A stretch of 64,000 nucleotides of DNA from Azolla caroliniana. Lineage: Eukaryota; Plantae; Polypodiophyta. Both the position numbers and the translations under genes were made by a program. The notes under the pieces were generated by a model that was not told the origin of the DNA, did not search any database, and saw only the letters and a program-made list of their open reading frames with translations. The stretch spans positions 6,448,001 through 6,512,000 of the forward strand of contig JBHGNT010000013.1 of assembly GCA_043228905.1 (NCBI GenBank), written 5' to 3'. Of the stretch, positions 48,316 through 61,362 are shown piece after piece; positions within the stretch are counted from its first letter, which is position 1, and every line of letters starts with the position of its first letter.

Positions 48316-51300
48316 TGTAAAGAATCAAGAGATGTCCACACCCTAAATGTAAATGCTATATAAGCCTATAAAGAATCAAGAGATGGATTCTTGTGAAGCG
48401 GAAGAGATATGAGTTATGTGTGTGTATGAGAGAGAGAGTGTGGGTGAGAGAGACAAGGAATAAGACATTGAGAATACGCAAGGTAAAAGTATATTAACAA
48501 AGGAGAAAGACTCAACACAATACAAGGTGGGAGGAGGGTGGTTTATATAGTCACCCTCTCTCTTCATTAACTACAAGACTCATGGAGCATGGGGAATGTG
48601 AAAGCTCATAAGTTATGTGTCATAAAATATGACTCATACTAAATGCTAGAATACAAAGTGGTGACCCCCTCTCTTCATTAACTACAAGACTCATGGAGCA
48701 TGGGGAATGTGAAAGCTCATAAGTTATGTGTCATAGAATATGACTCATACTAAATGCTAGAATACAAAGTGGTGACATAGTGGTGATTCTTGACCGTTGG
48801 AGTGTCTATTCACTCTCAAGGTGAGTTCACACACTAGACCAAGTTGAGCTTGATTCTCAACATGCCCCCTCAAGCTCAAGTCGGGTCGGTTTCAGACGGT
48901 ATCTGAAATCCGCTTCGACTCGCGTTCCGGAGTTCGTGTCGACTCGCATTTATGCGGAGTTGCGGAATCCGTGCTCCAGCTTGCGTTGTGCATAGTTGCG
49001 AAGTCTGTGCTTCGGCTTGCATCTTTCTTCGCGGTTTTGCACGGTAGATCGGTTCTACGCAGCTTCGTTGCGCGGTTGTGGAATCCACGCGTTATTGCGA
49101 CTTCGTTGCACGGTTGCAGAATCCACGCGTCATTGTGTAGTGTCTTCAGTACTCCCCCTCAAGCTTGGCAGGTCAGGGATCGTCAATCCGAGATCGGTCA
49201 TGAATTTCCAGAGCTTGTCGGATCCTAAGGCTTTAGTGAAGATGTTTGCCGTTTGAAGATTGGTGCTAATGTGTTGTAGGTCAACATCGCCTGCTAGAAC
49301 GCGCTCTCGGATGAAGTGATAGTGCACTTCGATGTGCTTTGTCCGCGCATGGAACACCAGGTTCCGAGCCAAATAGATATTGCTCATGTTGTCGCAGTAA
49401 AGGGAAGTCAGATCCTTGATGGGTACGCCCAGATCCTTGAGTATCCTTTTGAGCCATACGGTTTCACATGCAGCCACTGCCGCGCCCCTGTATTCCGCCT
49501 CTGTGCTCGAAAGAGTGACGGTTGGTTGCTTTTTGCTGCTCCAGGATAATGCTCCACTGCCGAGGGAGAAAGCAAATCTAGAGGTTGATCTTCTATCAGC
49601 TTTGTCGCCGACCCAATTGGCGTCTGTGTACCCCTCGAGTCGTATTGGCATCGTGGTCTTGTATGAAGTTAAAATCGTTGCCGGCCACAACCGGTTGTAC
49701 GTGTGCGGAATAATAGTCAATCTAATGGAAAGGAAAAACAGAATACAGAAATTGAGAATGACACAGATTTTAACGTGGAAACCCGAATTGGGAAAAAACC
49801 ATGTGGAGTCCACAAACTCCGAAACAGAACACTATGAGAGAAAGGAATACAATCAGAGATCTCAGAGGCAACGGCCTCGAGATCCTGCTTCGCCAACAGG
49901 CGGCTATGGAGGTCACACGCTTCCACTCACACTCATTCACGCTCACAGTTACAGAGGCAACAACCTCGTCAACAATAACTTTACAATAACACACACCTCT
50001 AACATGATTGCCCTAAGTACTTATATACTAATGTAACCTTTCGACTATTTACAAGTTTAGCCTTCCGTGTTGGCTATCTCCACGATTTCCGTGTTGGCTA
50101 TCTCCACGAGTTGCTCATCAACACGGTTCTTCTCACTTCCCATCCGGAGGGACCTATTTCCTAACATTGTAGAGGATGCCGCAATCCATTGTGCTGCTCA
50201 CGTATCGTAGAACTCGCTTAGCACAATCCAAGTGAGTATCACGCGGTGTTTGCACGAATTGACTAAGGAGACCGACTGGATAACTGAGATCGGGTCGAGT
50301 GATCGTGAGGTAGATGAGACTCCTGATGAGTTGCCGATACTGAGTCGGCTCACACACTTTGGTGCCGGAGTTCGCATCCAGTTTGAGATTGCCATCGAGC
50401 GGGGTTGCGTAGATTTGCACTTAGCCATCCCGAACTTGTATAACAAGTTGAGGACGTATTGCCGTTGAGAGATCATGATTCCGGCCGGAGTCCTAATTAC
50501 CTCGATGCCGAGGAAGTAGTGGAGCTCCTTCATGTCCGTCATCTCGAACTTGTCAGAAAGGAGGGTTTTGACCTTATTGATTTCGACTAGATGCTCACCT
50601 CCAATGACTAGGTCATCCACATATAAGATGATGATGATCGGACTTGCGAAATTGCTTCGTATGTAGAGAGAGTTGTCTGATTTTGACATGTGGAAGTCGA
50701 TGTGATGAAGATATTGCGTTATCTTCGAATGCCAAGCACGCGGTGCTTGTTTGAGGGCGTAGAGTGGCTTCTTGAGTTGGCATACAACTTTCGGATGGGT
50801 GCTCGAGTTGAAGTTGGGTGGTTGTATCATGTACACCTCTTCTAATTCACCTTGTAGAAAGGCGTTCTTGGCGTCCATTTGATGGAGGTGCCACCCATTC
50901 GCCGTAGCAAGCGCAATTACGGTCCATACCGTCGTCATCTTTGCCACCGGGGCAAAGGTCTCTTCGTAGTCAACTCCATGCGTTTGTGCGTAGCCTTTCG
51001 CTACGAGTCGCGCTTTGTAGCGATTGATGGAACCGTCGACGTTGTACTTCACTTTGTAAATCCATCTGCATCCGATCGCCTTTTTGTGTGGTGAGGTGGG
51101 AACAAGATCCCATGTCTCGTTCTTGCGTAGTGCGCGCATCTCCTCGTTCATTGCTTCGATCCATCGCGGGTCCTTTGCGGCTTCAAAAAAGGTTTCCGGC
51201 TCCCGTACTGTTGCTACCTTCATCATAAATGTGTAATGGTATGCCATATAATCGTTGTAGCTGAATCGGCTTACGGGGTTCTTTTCACACGTGGATCGGC

Positions 51301-53711
51301 GGAGCCTCTCGTTTGCGGATACTACGGCTTTCTTCGCTCCATTTATCCGGATGTCAAGGCCTTCAAACTCACTATCGAGGGAGTGAGACGATTCGTTGCC
51401 GTCGTAGTGATCGTCTTCATACTCCGGCATTTTTGCCTTGCCTTTGTCCATCTTCGGGCTAGGCCGTGATGTGCTTTGATCGCTCAAAGGCTCTTTGGTC
51501 CGCTCAGTCGAGTCGTGATCAGACTTTCTTCGAATATGTGCGTAAGGTGATCTTCATCCTCTATCTCTTGTGCGGTGGATTCCGGGTCGAGCAGAGTCGG
51601 AGTCGGAGTTGTCTCTGGTGCGTACCAAGATGCGAACTCGTCAAAAACGACGTCTCGACTTACTCGAGATTTTCGAGTTGAGGGGTTGTAGCACTTGTAC
51701 CCCTTTTGCTCCAGTGAGTATCCTATGAGGATACATTTCTCCGACTTCGGGTCAAGCTTTTGACGCTTCTCGTCGGGGATGTGCACGTACGCCATCGCGC
51801 CAAATATCCGGGTGTGCGATAAGTCTGGCTTCTTTTCGAAGTATTTTTAGTGTGGAGTGACCTCGTGCAGACCGGATGTTGTGCACCGGTTCATTAGGTA
51901 GACGGCTGTATTTGAAGCTTCGGCCCAATAAGACTTGGGCATATGCTTCCCGTTCATCATGGCCCACGCTACTTCAAGGATGTGCCGATTTTTGTGCTCG
52001 GCTACTCCGTTTTGTTGCAAAGTGTGTCGGCAAGTGAATTCTCGCTTAATTCCTTCCTTTCGGAGATACGCCGTGAAATCGTCCGAGAAGTACTCCTTGC
52101 CGCCATCCGATCGAAGACAACATACATGTCGGCCCGTGGCTTTCTCGACTTCATTCTTGAATATTTGGAAGTGTCTGAACACTTTGCACTTTTGCCGCAT
52201 TGGGTAGATCCAAGTGTGCATGGAGAAGTCGTCGATGAAGAGCACGTAATATCGGCATCTGCCGAATGTAGCCGTCTGCGCCGGTCCCCATATGTCGGAA
52301 TGGACTACATCGAGTAGACCTTTGCTCACGTTCCGCTCTTTCGGGAATGGGTGTCAGTGTTGCTTGCTGAATTGGCACGCTTCGCATCCACCTTCAATCT
52401 CCTTCTCTTTGAATGTCGGGAGTCCAATGACGACTCCTTTCGATTTCATTGCTTTGAGCTTTTGGAGATTTATATGGCCAATCCGCTTGTGCCATAACTC
52501 TATGTCGGAGTCAGCTTTAATGCCCTTTGCAAACATGGCCGATTTCATCTTGTGTGAGTCGAGAATGAACATTCGGCCCTCTCTTCCGACTCATTGCTCC
52601 TTGTACACACGTGGTTTTCTTCGACCAATAGCATTGATTGGAGCTCAAAGAAGAAGGGAGATTTCTCCCTTGCTAGAACGGCGGTTTGCATTGCCCCGAA
52701 CCGTGGTGCGAGGTTGTCGAGGCATATTTGCACCATCTCATCATCATCGATACTTACACTTATTGATCCGAGCGAGTCGCAAAGCTCCTTGATCTTCAAG
52801 GTGTATGTCGTGATGGACATGTCCCTTTCTTGAATGTTGTTCAACTCTTGGCGGAGTTGAAGCTTCCTCGTGGTCGTGTTGGCGGCGAAAATCTTTCATA
52901 GATTTTCCCACGCTTCCTTCAGCGTCTTGGCTTCTCGAATGTAACCGAGCATGTGGTCGTGAACACATGTCGCCAAACAATACATCACACGGCTTGCGGC
53001 TTGCTCCCATGTCGTGTATCCGGGAGCCGTGTCGACGGGTCGGTCTTCGTGCGCTCCTTTGATGTAGCTCCAATAGCCTTGTCCGACAAGGTATTGGTAA
53101 ATCTTGTACTCCCAAGATGCGAAGTTGTTTCGATTCAACTTCTTAGTAGGGCGAGCGCTCCCCATTTGAGTGTTCATTATGTCGATTCTTCTTCTTCTTC
53201 TTCTATCTTCGAATGCGAGCTATGTAACAAAGCTACGATAGCGATGAGCCAGTTCTTGGTCGTCGACGTGGAGCACAACACGATCACGATGAGGCGAATG
53301 GGCTAGATCGAACTACCAAATCGCTCTGATACCATGTAAAGAATCAAGAGATGGATTCTTGTGAAGCGGAAGAGATATGAGTTATGTGTGTGTATGAGAG
53401 AGAGAGAAAGAATAAGACACAGAGAATACGCAAGGTAAAAGTATATTAACAAAGGAGAAAGACTCAACACAATACAAGGTGGGAGGAGGGTGGTTTATAT
53501 AGTCACCCTCTCTCTTCATTAACTACAAGACTCATGGAGCATGGGAAATGTGAAAGCTCATAAATTATGTGTCATAGAATATGATTCTATGACTTATACT
53601 AAATGCTAGAATACAAAGTGGTGACATAGTGGTGACTCTTGACCGTTGGAGTGTCTATTCACTCTCAAGGTGAGTTCACACACTAGAGCAAGTTGAGCTT
53701 GATTCTCAACA
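48316..53711 (-). mobile_element. Ty1/Copia family A, copy 3, inserted in the Athila-like 5' LTR; internally deleted
   Basis: LTRs 48316-48862 and 53335-53711, TSD aaacc (48311-15, 53712-16), reverse iMet PBS 53323-53334. ORFs nearly identical to A2, but the knuckle and protease are missing. Confidence 0.96.
49664..50166. mobile_element. Solo LTR (503 bp) inserted at the RT/RNase H junction of Copia A3
   Basis: TG...CA ends, 5-bp TSD ttgta (49659-63, 50167-71). Removing it restores GILYKTTMPIRLEGY. Confidence 0.92.
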
Positions 53712-54478
53712 AAACCACATGGTGGTGGCTTTGTAAGGGTTCTTCTATTGTAAAGATCTCCCTATTAATTAAGAGCTAGAGCTTCCTCTCCTCCTTCTTG
53801 TAACCTTTAAGCTTAAGAGAGATTAGTGAGGTGTTTAGTTAGAGAACACTAATCTCTCTTCCTTGTTGGTGCTAGACTTCTTAGCACAAAGGGTTAATAA
53901 ACATATTCATTACTCTTATTGTCTACATTCATTACCCTATCGTCTATGAGAGTGAGCTTGAGAGAGTGAGAGAGATATTGTGCTTAATCATCTACTAATC
54001 GTTAAGTGAGTGTGAGGCTCAGAGGTGCCCGACAACCATCTCCGCCCAATTCACCATCAAAAGGGTATACGCCGATCCGAACTCCGCGAACGACATCGAG
54101 GAGTTAATTCCATTGATACATAGATCCTACACATCTATTTGGCGCCACTGCTGGGGATACGACCGACGCTTGAAGCTGACTTCAAGTGATCAAACACTCG
54201 TAGGAAACCCACTTAACAAGGGAAGAAATAGAAAGGAAACCACATTAATTAAAATTTTCACTACTTCACATTGTCATTAAGTTAATTTTCTATTTTTTAG
54301 TTAAAAATTTTCCCCATCAATCGCCCGAACATTAGCAAACTATTCATCCGATTAACGCTAAGCATTTTTAAGATTTAGTCGTTGTAGGGCAAAAGTGATC
54401 ACCGCGATTCTCGATGATTATGATCATCCTATGGGACACGAAACAGCCGTTGGCGCCAAAAAATTCAAATTTCCCGCT

Positions 54479-54737
54479 CAAAGTTCGACGAACCCACATC
54501 TTTCGACGAAAGGTCAAAGTTTGCCAAACCCGCAAAGTTCGACGAACCCACATCTTTCGATGAAAGGTCAAAGTCTGCCAAACCCGCAAAGCTCGATGAA
54601 CCCACATCTTTCGACAAAAGGTCGAAGTTTGCCAAACCCTCAAAGTTCAACGAACCCACATCCTTTGACGAAAGGTCGAAGTTTGCCAAACCCACAAAGT
54701 TCGACGAAAGATCATCTTTCGACGAACCCGCAAAGCT
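54479..54737. repeat. 54-bp tandem repeat, about 4.7 copies, in the Athila-like 5' leader; each unit has three triloop mini-palindromes
   Basis: Unit caaagttcgacgaacccacatctttcgacgaaaggtcaaagtttgccaaacccg, with 18-aa periodicity in ORF 54395-54820. Confidence 0.93.
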
Positions 54738-57700
54738 TGACAAGAGAACATTGTCGGATCCTCATGGACAGAGATGTTCAAAACCTGACCCACACGCCAG
54801 GAGGAGTCCACACAAACTAACCAAACACACGGTGTTGACCCATCTAACCCGACCCGATACCACGGAGGGTGGTTAACCCCGGGGACACTACCAAACATGA
54901 ACCTCCCATCGAGCCCAGCAACTAAAGCACCTCTCAACACACCCCCACTATAGGAGAGCCCAATGGCAGACCTGCTCAACGTAGAGCGACACATACGGAA
55001 TGCCATGCAAGAGCTATGTGTGATAGAACAAGAAATCAATATATGGACAATGCAACTCGCGACAGCCCAAACGAAGCACACACACAACGACACCCGACAT
55101 CACTATGTATGGACACGACCCCTACACCCGACCAAACTACCTCAACACCCCCAAACGCCGAACTCACACTAGCATTACAATCTATCCAAAACCTCGTGGT
55201 ATTGATGGAAAAAGAGCGTGTGCCCACGGACAATTCGAGAAACCCTACAAACAACAGCGGGAAGAGTGCTTCCATTTCTAAACTAGTACCCCGTTTTCTC
55301 AGTTTCAGTGACGCCTATGATCACGTAGAGAGGTTCAAGCAAATATGTCGAGCTTATGAGCCCCTCACAGAGACCACCAAAGTTGCCGCATTCGGACTTA
55401 CACTCGATGACCAAGCCTGAATTTGGTTTAGGACCTTGAATGAGGACATTGTCACAGACTTCGAGTATGTCATCGAAGATTTCCTGATAAACTTTGCTTG
55501 TCGAGGGAATAAATGGAACCTGATCGACCAACTTTTCTCCCTCAAGCAAGAAGCGAACAAGACTGTCAAGGACTACATATGCCGCACGAAAAGCCTGCAC
55601 CATCGTTGTAGCCCGAGCGACAAGATGTCGGATGACAAATTGATGAGTTGCTTCATCAATGGGTTGTTCAACCCGACACTCCAAAATTTCCTGATTGCCA
55701 GGATATGTCGGTCATTCGTTGAAGCTTGCACATTAGTGATTACTTTCGAAGATTCAATGAGTGGGTTATGGATACCCACTCAAGCGCCTATGAACAACTG
55801 TGAGAAGCCCTGGGATCCCACTCCACCCACGCCACTGAGACCACCCCGTATAGAAAGACCCCAAGCATACGCCCAAAGAGAAAATGTAAGGTGTACGGTG
55901 TGCCATGGCCATCACACGGGGCATGAGTGCCCCCTCCTCCACCAACGACAACCGCAATATATGTAAGTGGTGCAAAGCCTTTGTGATGCATTTTCAAGAG
56001 AATTGCTGGCAAGCCCCAAACAGAAGGTATAGCCAAGCACCAATGGTAGAGCACCCACGCTCACCTCCACCACTTAGCCGCCCACAACTACCAGCAATAC
56101 TTCCCCAACAACCCCCACTACCGCGTATCGGCGCTCGCCTCACCGAACTAGAATAAGCCACTGATAACCAAACTTAGGTTGGGGGGGGCACCCCCGAATA
56201 TGAAGACTCATACAGGGAGTATGGTGTTCAGAAGAGGTGCTTTCCCACTTCGTGGACTTCGAAGACGACCAAATACCAGTGTACGTCTTGAGTGGAGAAC
56301 AAAGGGGCCCGTCGATGGGATATCGCAACAATAATGGTCTAAGAAGGACAGAATTGAAATGTTTCAATTGCCAAGGCCTACTCATGGTTAGCGAGTGCCC
56401 AACCAAACATGAGTACTACAATCGGATGACACAACGACCACGACGCCCCCCCACTCGAAACACCCCCACAACCACCGGTACAAAGTCTCACCTAACAGTC
56501 ACACGCCCTTATCGAGTGGTTCCAAAGAGAAGCATCATGCCCAGGGTGTGGTAAAGAACACTTAGTATGTGATTGCCTAGAAAAAAAGAAACGGATTGGC
56601 GCAAATCAGTTATCCATCGTACCATCAATGGTTGGCGCCAACGTCATCACATGAGCTCAAAGAGTAGCTCATAACTTAAAGTATCACGACCACGGCCTCC
56701 CCACGACTATGCGTAAGAGACAAAAATCCAAAAAAATGCAGCCACGCAGACCTCAAAGCAAGAGCAAGAACCGGAGGGAGACGTAGAAACAATACTCGTC
56801 AACTCTAACCAAGAGCTGCAAGCACACCTAGCAGCATACCCAAACCCAGTGGCTAAAAAACAAAAGGTCGAAGAGTATATCAAACTCATACGACACGGAC
56901 AGTTCGAAGGATCGCTTAGCCTCTTGAGTCTAAACTTCGACCAACTCGAAGAATGGGTAAATCCTCCACCCCAACACACTGGCACACCCTCCCGCGTCGT
57001 AACACCAACCGACACCCCGATCTCCCAACCTACCCTAATCAAAGAAGTCAACACAACCTTGCTCCAACAAATATTAAATTTAAAATTACGACTCACATTA
57101 CGCGAAGTACAAAGCTACACTGGCACCTTCGTGACCGAGAACCCCCAACTACGACCTATACTCACCAAGGAAATAGAGTTCACACTTGAAGAGCTGCTCA
57201 AACTTGACATCCAACCATGACATGATGTCCTTCGCCGCCTCAATGGAGGCCTATCAGCAAGTTCTGGAGAAAAGATACACACCCACGTCCCTCATACTAC
57301 CACAGTCCCCAAACAACCCGAAGGAACACCAGTAGATATATGTGAAGCTCACCTTGAGAGCAACGATACTAGTTTCACTCTCCCCGTCTGTGTCAACGGC
57401 ACGATGTGTGACGCGATCATTGACACCGGAGCAGGGGTAAATATAGTCAGCTACGAATGTTGGTATAAGTGGGGGAGCCCAAAAATGCTTCCCTCAGACG
57501 TCAAACTCTGAATGGTAGATGGATCCATCCAACGGCCAAAAGGCATTATCCCTACACACCACTTCACTATCCACGGGGTCGAGTTCAATCTCACTTTCGT
57601 CGTCACAAGATCATCCAATCATGTGGCTTACAAGTGTTTACTAGGGAGACCATTCGAAACATGGGGACATCTAGGTTGCCCGGACCTCGAAGTATGCAAC

Positions 57701-60280
57701 GACAACTTCCGTGGCTTCGATGGTCCCACATCACGCTGCCTCAGAACCTTCGTGTGTAACATCAAGACAAAATACAGTGACCACTCAATTCGAGTTCGGG
57801 TCCTCCCACCGAAGTGTTGTACCCGTGCCTCCTCGGTTTGGATTGGTGTCACATAAGCGAATGTCTCCTATCATCAAGCAAGAACATCGTCTCCTTCCAA
57901 ACTGCAAATGGGGTGAGGTCCGAGAAACTCATTGCAACAACACTCGAATCATGTCCCACCGATCTCGACAAACTCCAGAGCGCAAAACCACCCAACCAAA
58001 AAGAATACGCACAACCACCGGCCACCCAAGGCCAGAGAAACACTAACATCGGAACAAGGCCCGAACAAAGGACACCCGTGCCACGCAAATGGGAGAACGT
58101 CCACACGATTTTCGCCAAAGGACCACGCCACGGAGAACGTGCTATTTGGCGAGTTAGAAAAGCACTCACAAACACACAAGGTTGGCACAAAGGTGCCACT
58201 AGCTTTTGGGTCCTGAAAAGAAACCGGCTTCCCACCTGCGACCATACCACGACTGCACAAGACACCCGACAATTGCACACATTGGCCAAATACCCCGCCC
58301 AGGTTAAGGCCATAGACCTCGACTGGACTCAACAACTAGGAGATCGAATGCCCCATAAAACTACCTCACAAGCCCCCCTTTTCCCCTTGGAAAGGATGTC
58401 ACGGGTTTGGGTCCTTAAAAGTATACAAAGACCCTCGGACAACACTCGACCAACACACTAGCCACACCAGCCCCCCTCACTTCCACCCAAAAACCCCTAA
58501 ATTGCCCAAACTCTCACGAAACCCCCGGTGGACTCCCGTCCAACTCTACTGTCCGCATATAAACCTTGGCCCACCCCACACCCTACCTTATGCCACTCCG
58601 CTCATCAACTACTCGGCCCGTCTTCTCCCCTGACCTCTGTTACCATGCCCGGTAGACAATAATCCCCGCCCACAATTTTACATTTTTTCGGTATAAGTAT
58701 TAATATTTACAATCTCAGAGTTACCCTTTAATTTTAGGGGCACCGCGGGCGATTATTTTTTCTCATGGTCGATCTATTTTTGTTTGGCTCGTTCTTTCAT
58801 TTATGATGGTGCATGGTAGTCTCGGGTTCTCTCTCTTTTGCTTTCCTTTCCCCATCTCTCTTTCTCCCTCACGACTCTTTCTTTTTCCCTCCTTTCCCCA
58901 CCCTCTTTCCCCTTAACGATCCTTTCTGTTTTCTTCATCGCTCTTCCTCCTCCCTCTGTGCTTGCGCTCCAGCCTTCACGCTACCTTCGTTTTGCACCCC
59001 ATCGCCCTCCTCCTCGCCTTCTGCGCATCACTTCTCGTCACCTCCTCCTCCTCGGGTAGGCCTAATTATCTGTTTTGTTTGTTTCTTTTTGTTTTGTTTT
59101 TGCCATTTTTGCTCTCTCCTCCTACGCTCTCGGCCCCCACCAACGCCATAACCTTAACCTCCTCCTGTCGTGGCCACGACGACTAACGCATCGTTTCCAC
59201 TGCCCTCTTGTTGCTGGTGGTCGCATCTGGCCGCTTCACGCACGGCCTCGTTGCCTCCCGTCATAGTCCTACCCCCCCGGTTCAAAGAGAAGTCCTCTTC
59301 GAACCCCGACTCTTCACCGAGTATTCCGGACGTGAAGGTTGTCGTTTCACCGAAATCCCCCCTCACCTCCACGATCGTTGTAGCGCCATCGCCTAGATCG
59401 GTGACACCACCTCCACCGATGCCATCGCCCACATCACCGACGAGTTCCTCAAGTGGGCACACGATCCTCAACTAGTCCAGTGGGCCCACGAACTCGTTCG
59501 ACGGGTCAGGGAATGGCAAACACGACCCAATTTAGTAGCCAATTTCGCGTGGTTCCTCACTCGTTACCTATGCGCAAAGTTCAACATCGACCCCCCATCC
59601 CCTCCTTTCATACGTTGCCAAGAACGACACTGCAAGATAACCGTATCAGGTCAACCCAAGCGTCTCCACAACGTGACTTCTTAAGGCAAGTTCACCAAGG
59701 CGAACGTGAATGCCCACCAACGCACAAACAACCCCAAGTCACCCATGTGACAGTCGAGGATACCCTCAATACACCTGAGGATATCATCTATCGCGTCAAA
59801 GAATTCCAGACACGCGAATTCACCCCTGTAGAAATGCAAGAATTTTCTACCACATTCCATTATGTGTCCCATCAGACCATGGCCACGACCCCTCGTACCC
59901 ACAGTTGCACCACCGAATCAATCCTTCGCGACCTACGGAACCCAGTTACCCTACCCCTCCCACCCTCGCCAACCTCTCTCCTTGGTGAATCCCCGCTTGC
60001 CTCCCCTTGCACGACCACCCAACCACCACCTCCCATGCCTACCGACGACACCCCATAACCTCGACCCCGTAAGCTAGCCCGCCACAACCCATCACTCATC
60101 GATGCCCCAGAGGCCGAAACCCCCCTTCCTCCTCCTGAGAACCCCAACCCACCACTGTCTCCAAGCCCGGTTGTTCCCTCTCAACCCAACCCGGATACCA
60201 CCATGACGACCACCCCACCAACACCCCTACCAGCCCATGTTCCCCGCTCTAACCCAACCACTGCCACTATCGCCTGGATA

Positions 60281-61362
60281 CTATAGAAGAAGAGGAGACT
60301 GAGGAGGAAGAAGAGGATGCATCCTAGCAAGTAGGAGGGTGATGAATCAGGTCCAGAGATGGATAGAATGGCAGTCGTCACCGAAGTAGTGGTGGAGTAG
60401 AGGCCGGGTGAAAGTGGACAGATGGTAAGACTAGAAGTGGTAACAATGGTTCAGTTAGAACTGGAACCACACGGACAAGCCTTACCGGGTCATACCGAAC
60501 TGTCAAAGGGTCAAAGGAAACCAACGGGGCGGTGTACCTACTGGGCAGAGAAAACGAAGCGCAAGACGAGCAGGTGTTTCGGTTACTCAGAGAAGCCGGA
60601 GAACATGTAGAAATGCTAGAAGTTGTGCACGCATTCGCAACAATTACCCAATACAGTACCTGCCAACAACTCATCGAATGGCTATGGTAGTAGGTCACTA
60701 AGGTGGCAACATGTATGGTAGAAGAACAAAAGGAATGGTTTAGCGGACCCACCCATAAGAACAAAACGGAAGATTTGACCAGGCAATTGACGGAGGCCAA
60801 CAACCTTATTAAAAAAACTAGAGGAGGAGTTGGAACGTGCCAACGAATTTAGTGGCCATACAGATAGATAGACATAGGCCGAGGAAGTACAACAGCGCCG
60901 GAACTAGAGTGGCAAGTTCCGGAACATGAAATAGTGGTACTGGATGCAGTGCTAGAGGATGCTCGGAGAGGGGAACCCGTTGTAGCCAAGGAACTGGGGA
61001 AAGCAGATTCAACCGGACAGGAGAAGCAATGGGAAAAAGAGATCGGAAACCTGAGAGACGCCATAGCCGCACAAGCAGCGGTTATGGAAAAAGAAAAACA
61101 ACTGTGAAGAGCAACCAAAGATGAAAAGCAACAGATGGAGGAAGGACTCCGTAGAATGCAGGGAAGCATGGAACGACTCAAGGAGGAGAAGAAGTCGACA
61201 CAACAAGAAAAGGAGAGAATCAAACGTATGGCGAAAGTAGAGATCGAAAGATTGAAGGAAGAGCTCCAGCAGTAGAAAAGAGCAGGATTATCGGTTGCGG
61301 GCACAGGCAAACCGATGCTTTAAGGACAAGCAAGAAGATTTCGATAAACTCTATCGTTATCG
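60281..61362 (+). pseudogene. Degenerate purine-rich ORF fragment encoding a Glu/Lys-rich coiled coil, probably an accessory ORF of another retroelement
   Basis: Translatable pieces EEEETEEEEED, EDLTRQLTEANNLIKK, QEKQWEKEIGNLRDAIAAQAAVMEKEKQL, EIERLKEELQ, with stops and frameshifts. Confidence 0.55.

Larger units (their letters stand above)
48153..60280 (+). mobile_element. Athila-like LTR element, copy 2: split 5' LTR (about 48153-48315 + 53717-54133), Asp-type PBS, gag, protease, no RT/RH/INT seen, partial accessory ORF
   Basis: LTR aligns with 5723-6290. PBS tggcgccactgctgggga 54140-54157. Gag pieces at 55160-56580 with CTVCHGHHTGHEC, CFNCQG..C and CPGCGKEHLVCDC. Protease IIDTGAGVN at about 57416-57442. 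Region 59300-60150 is homologous to 2070-2900. Confidence 0.85.
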
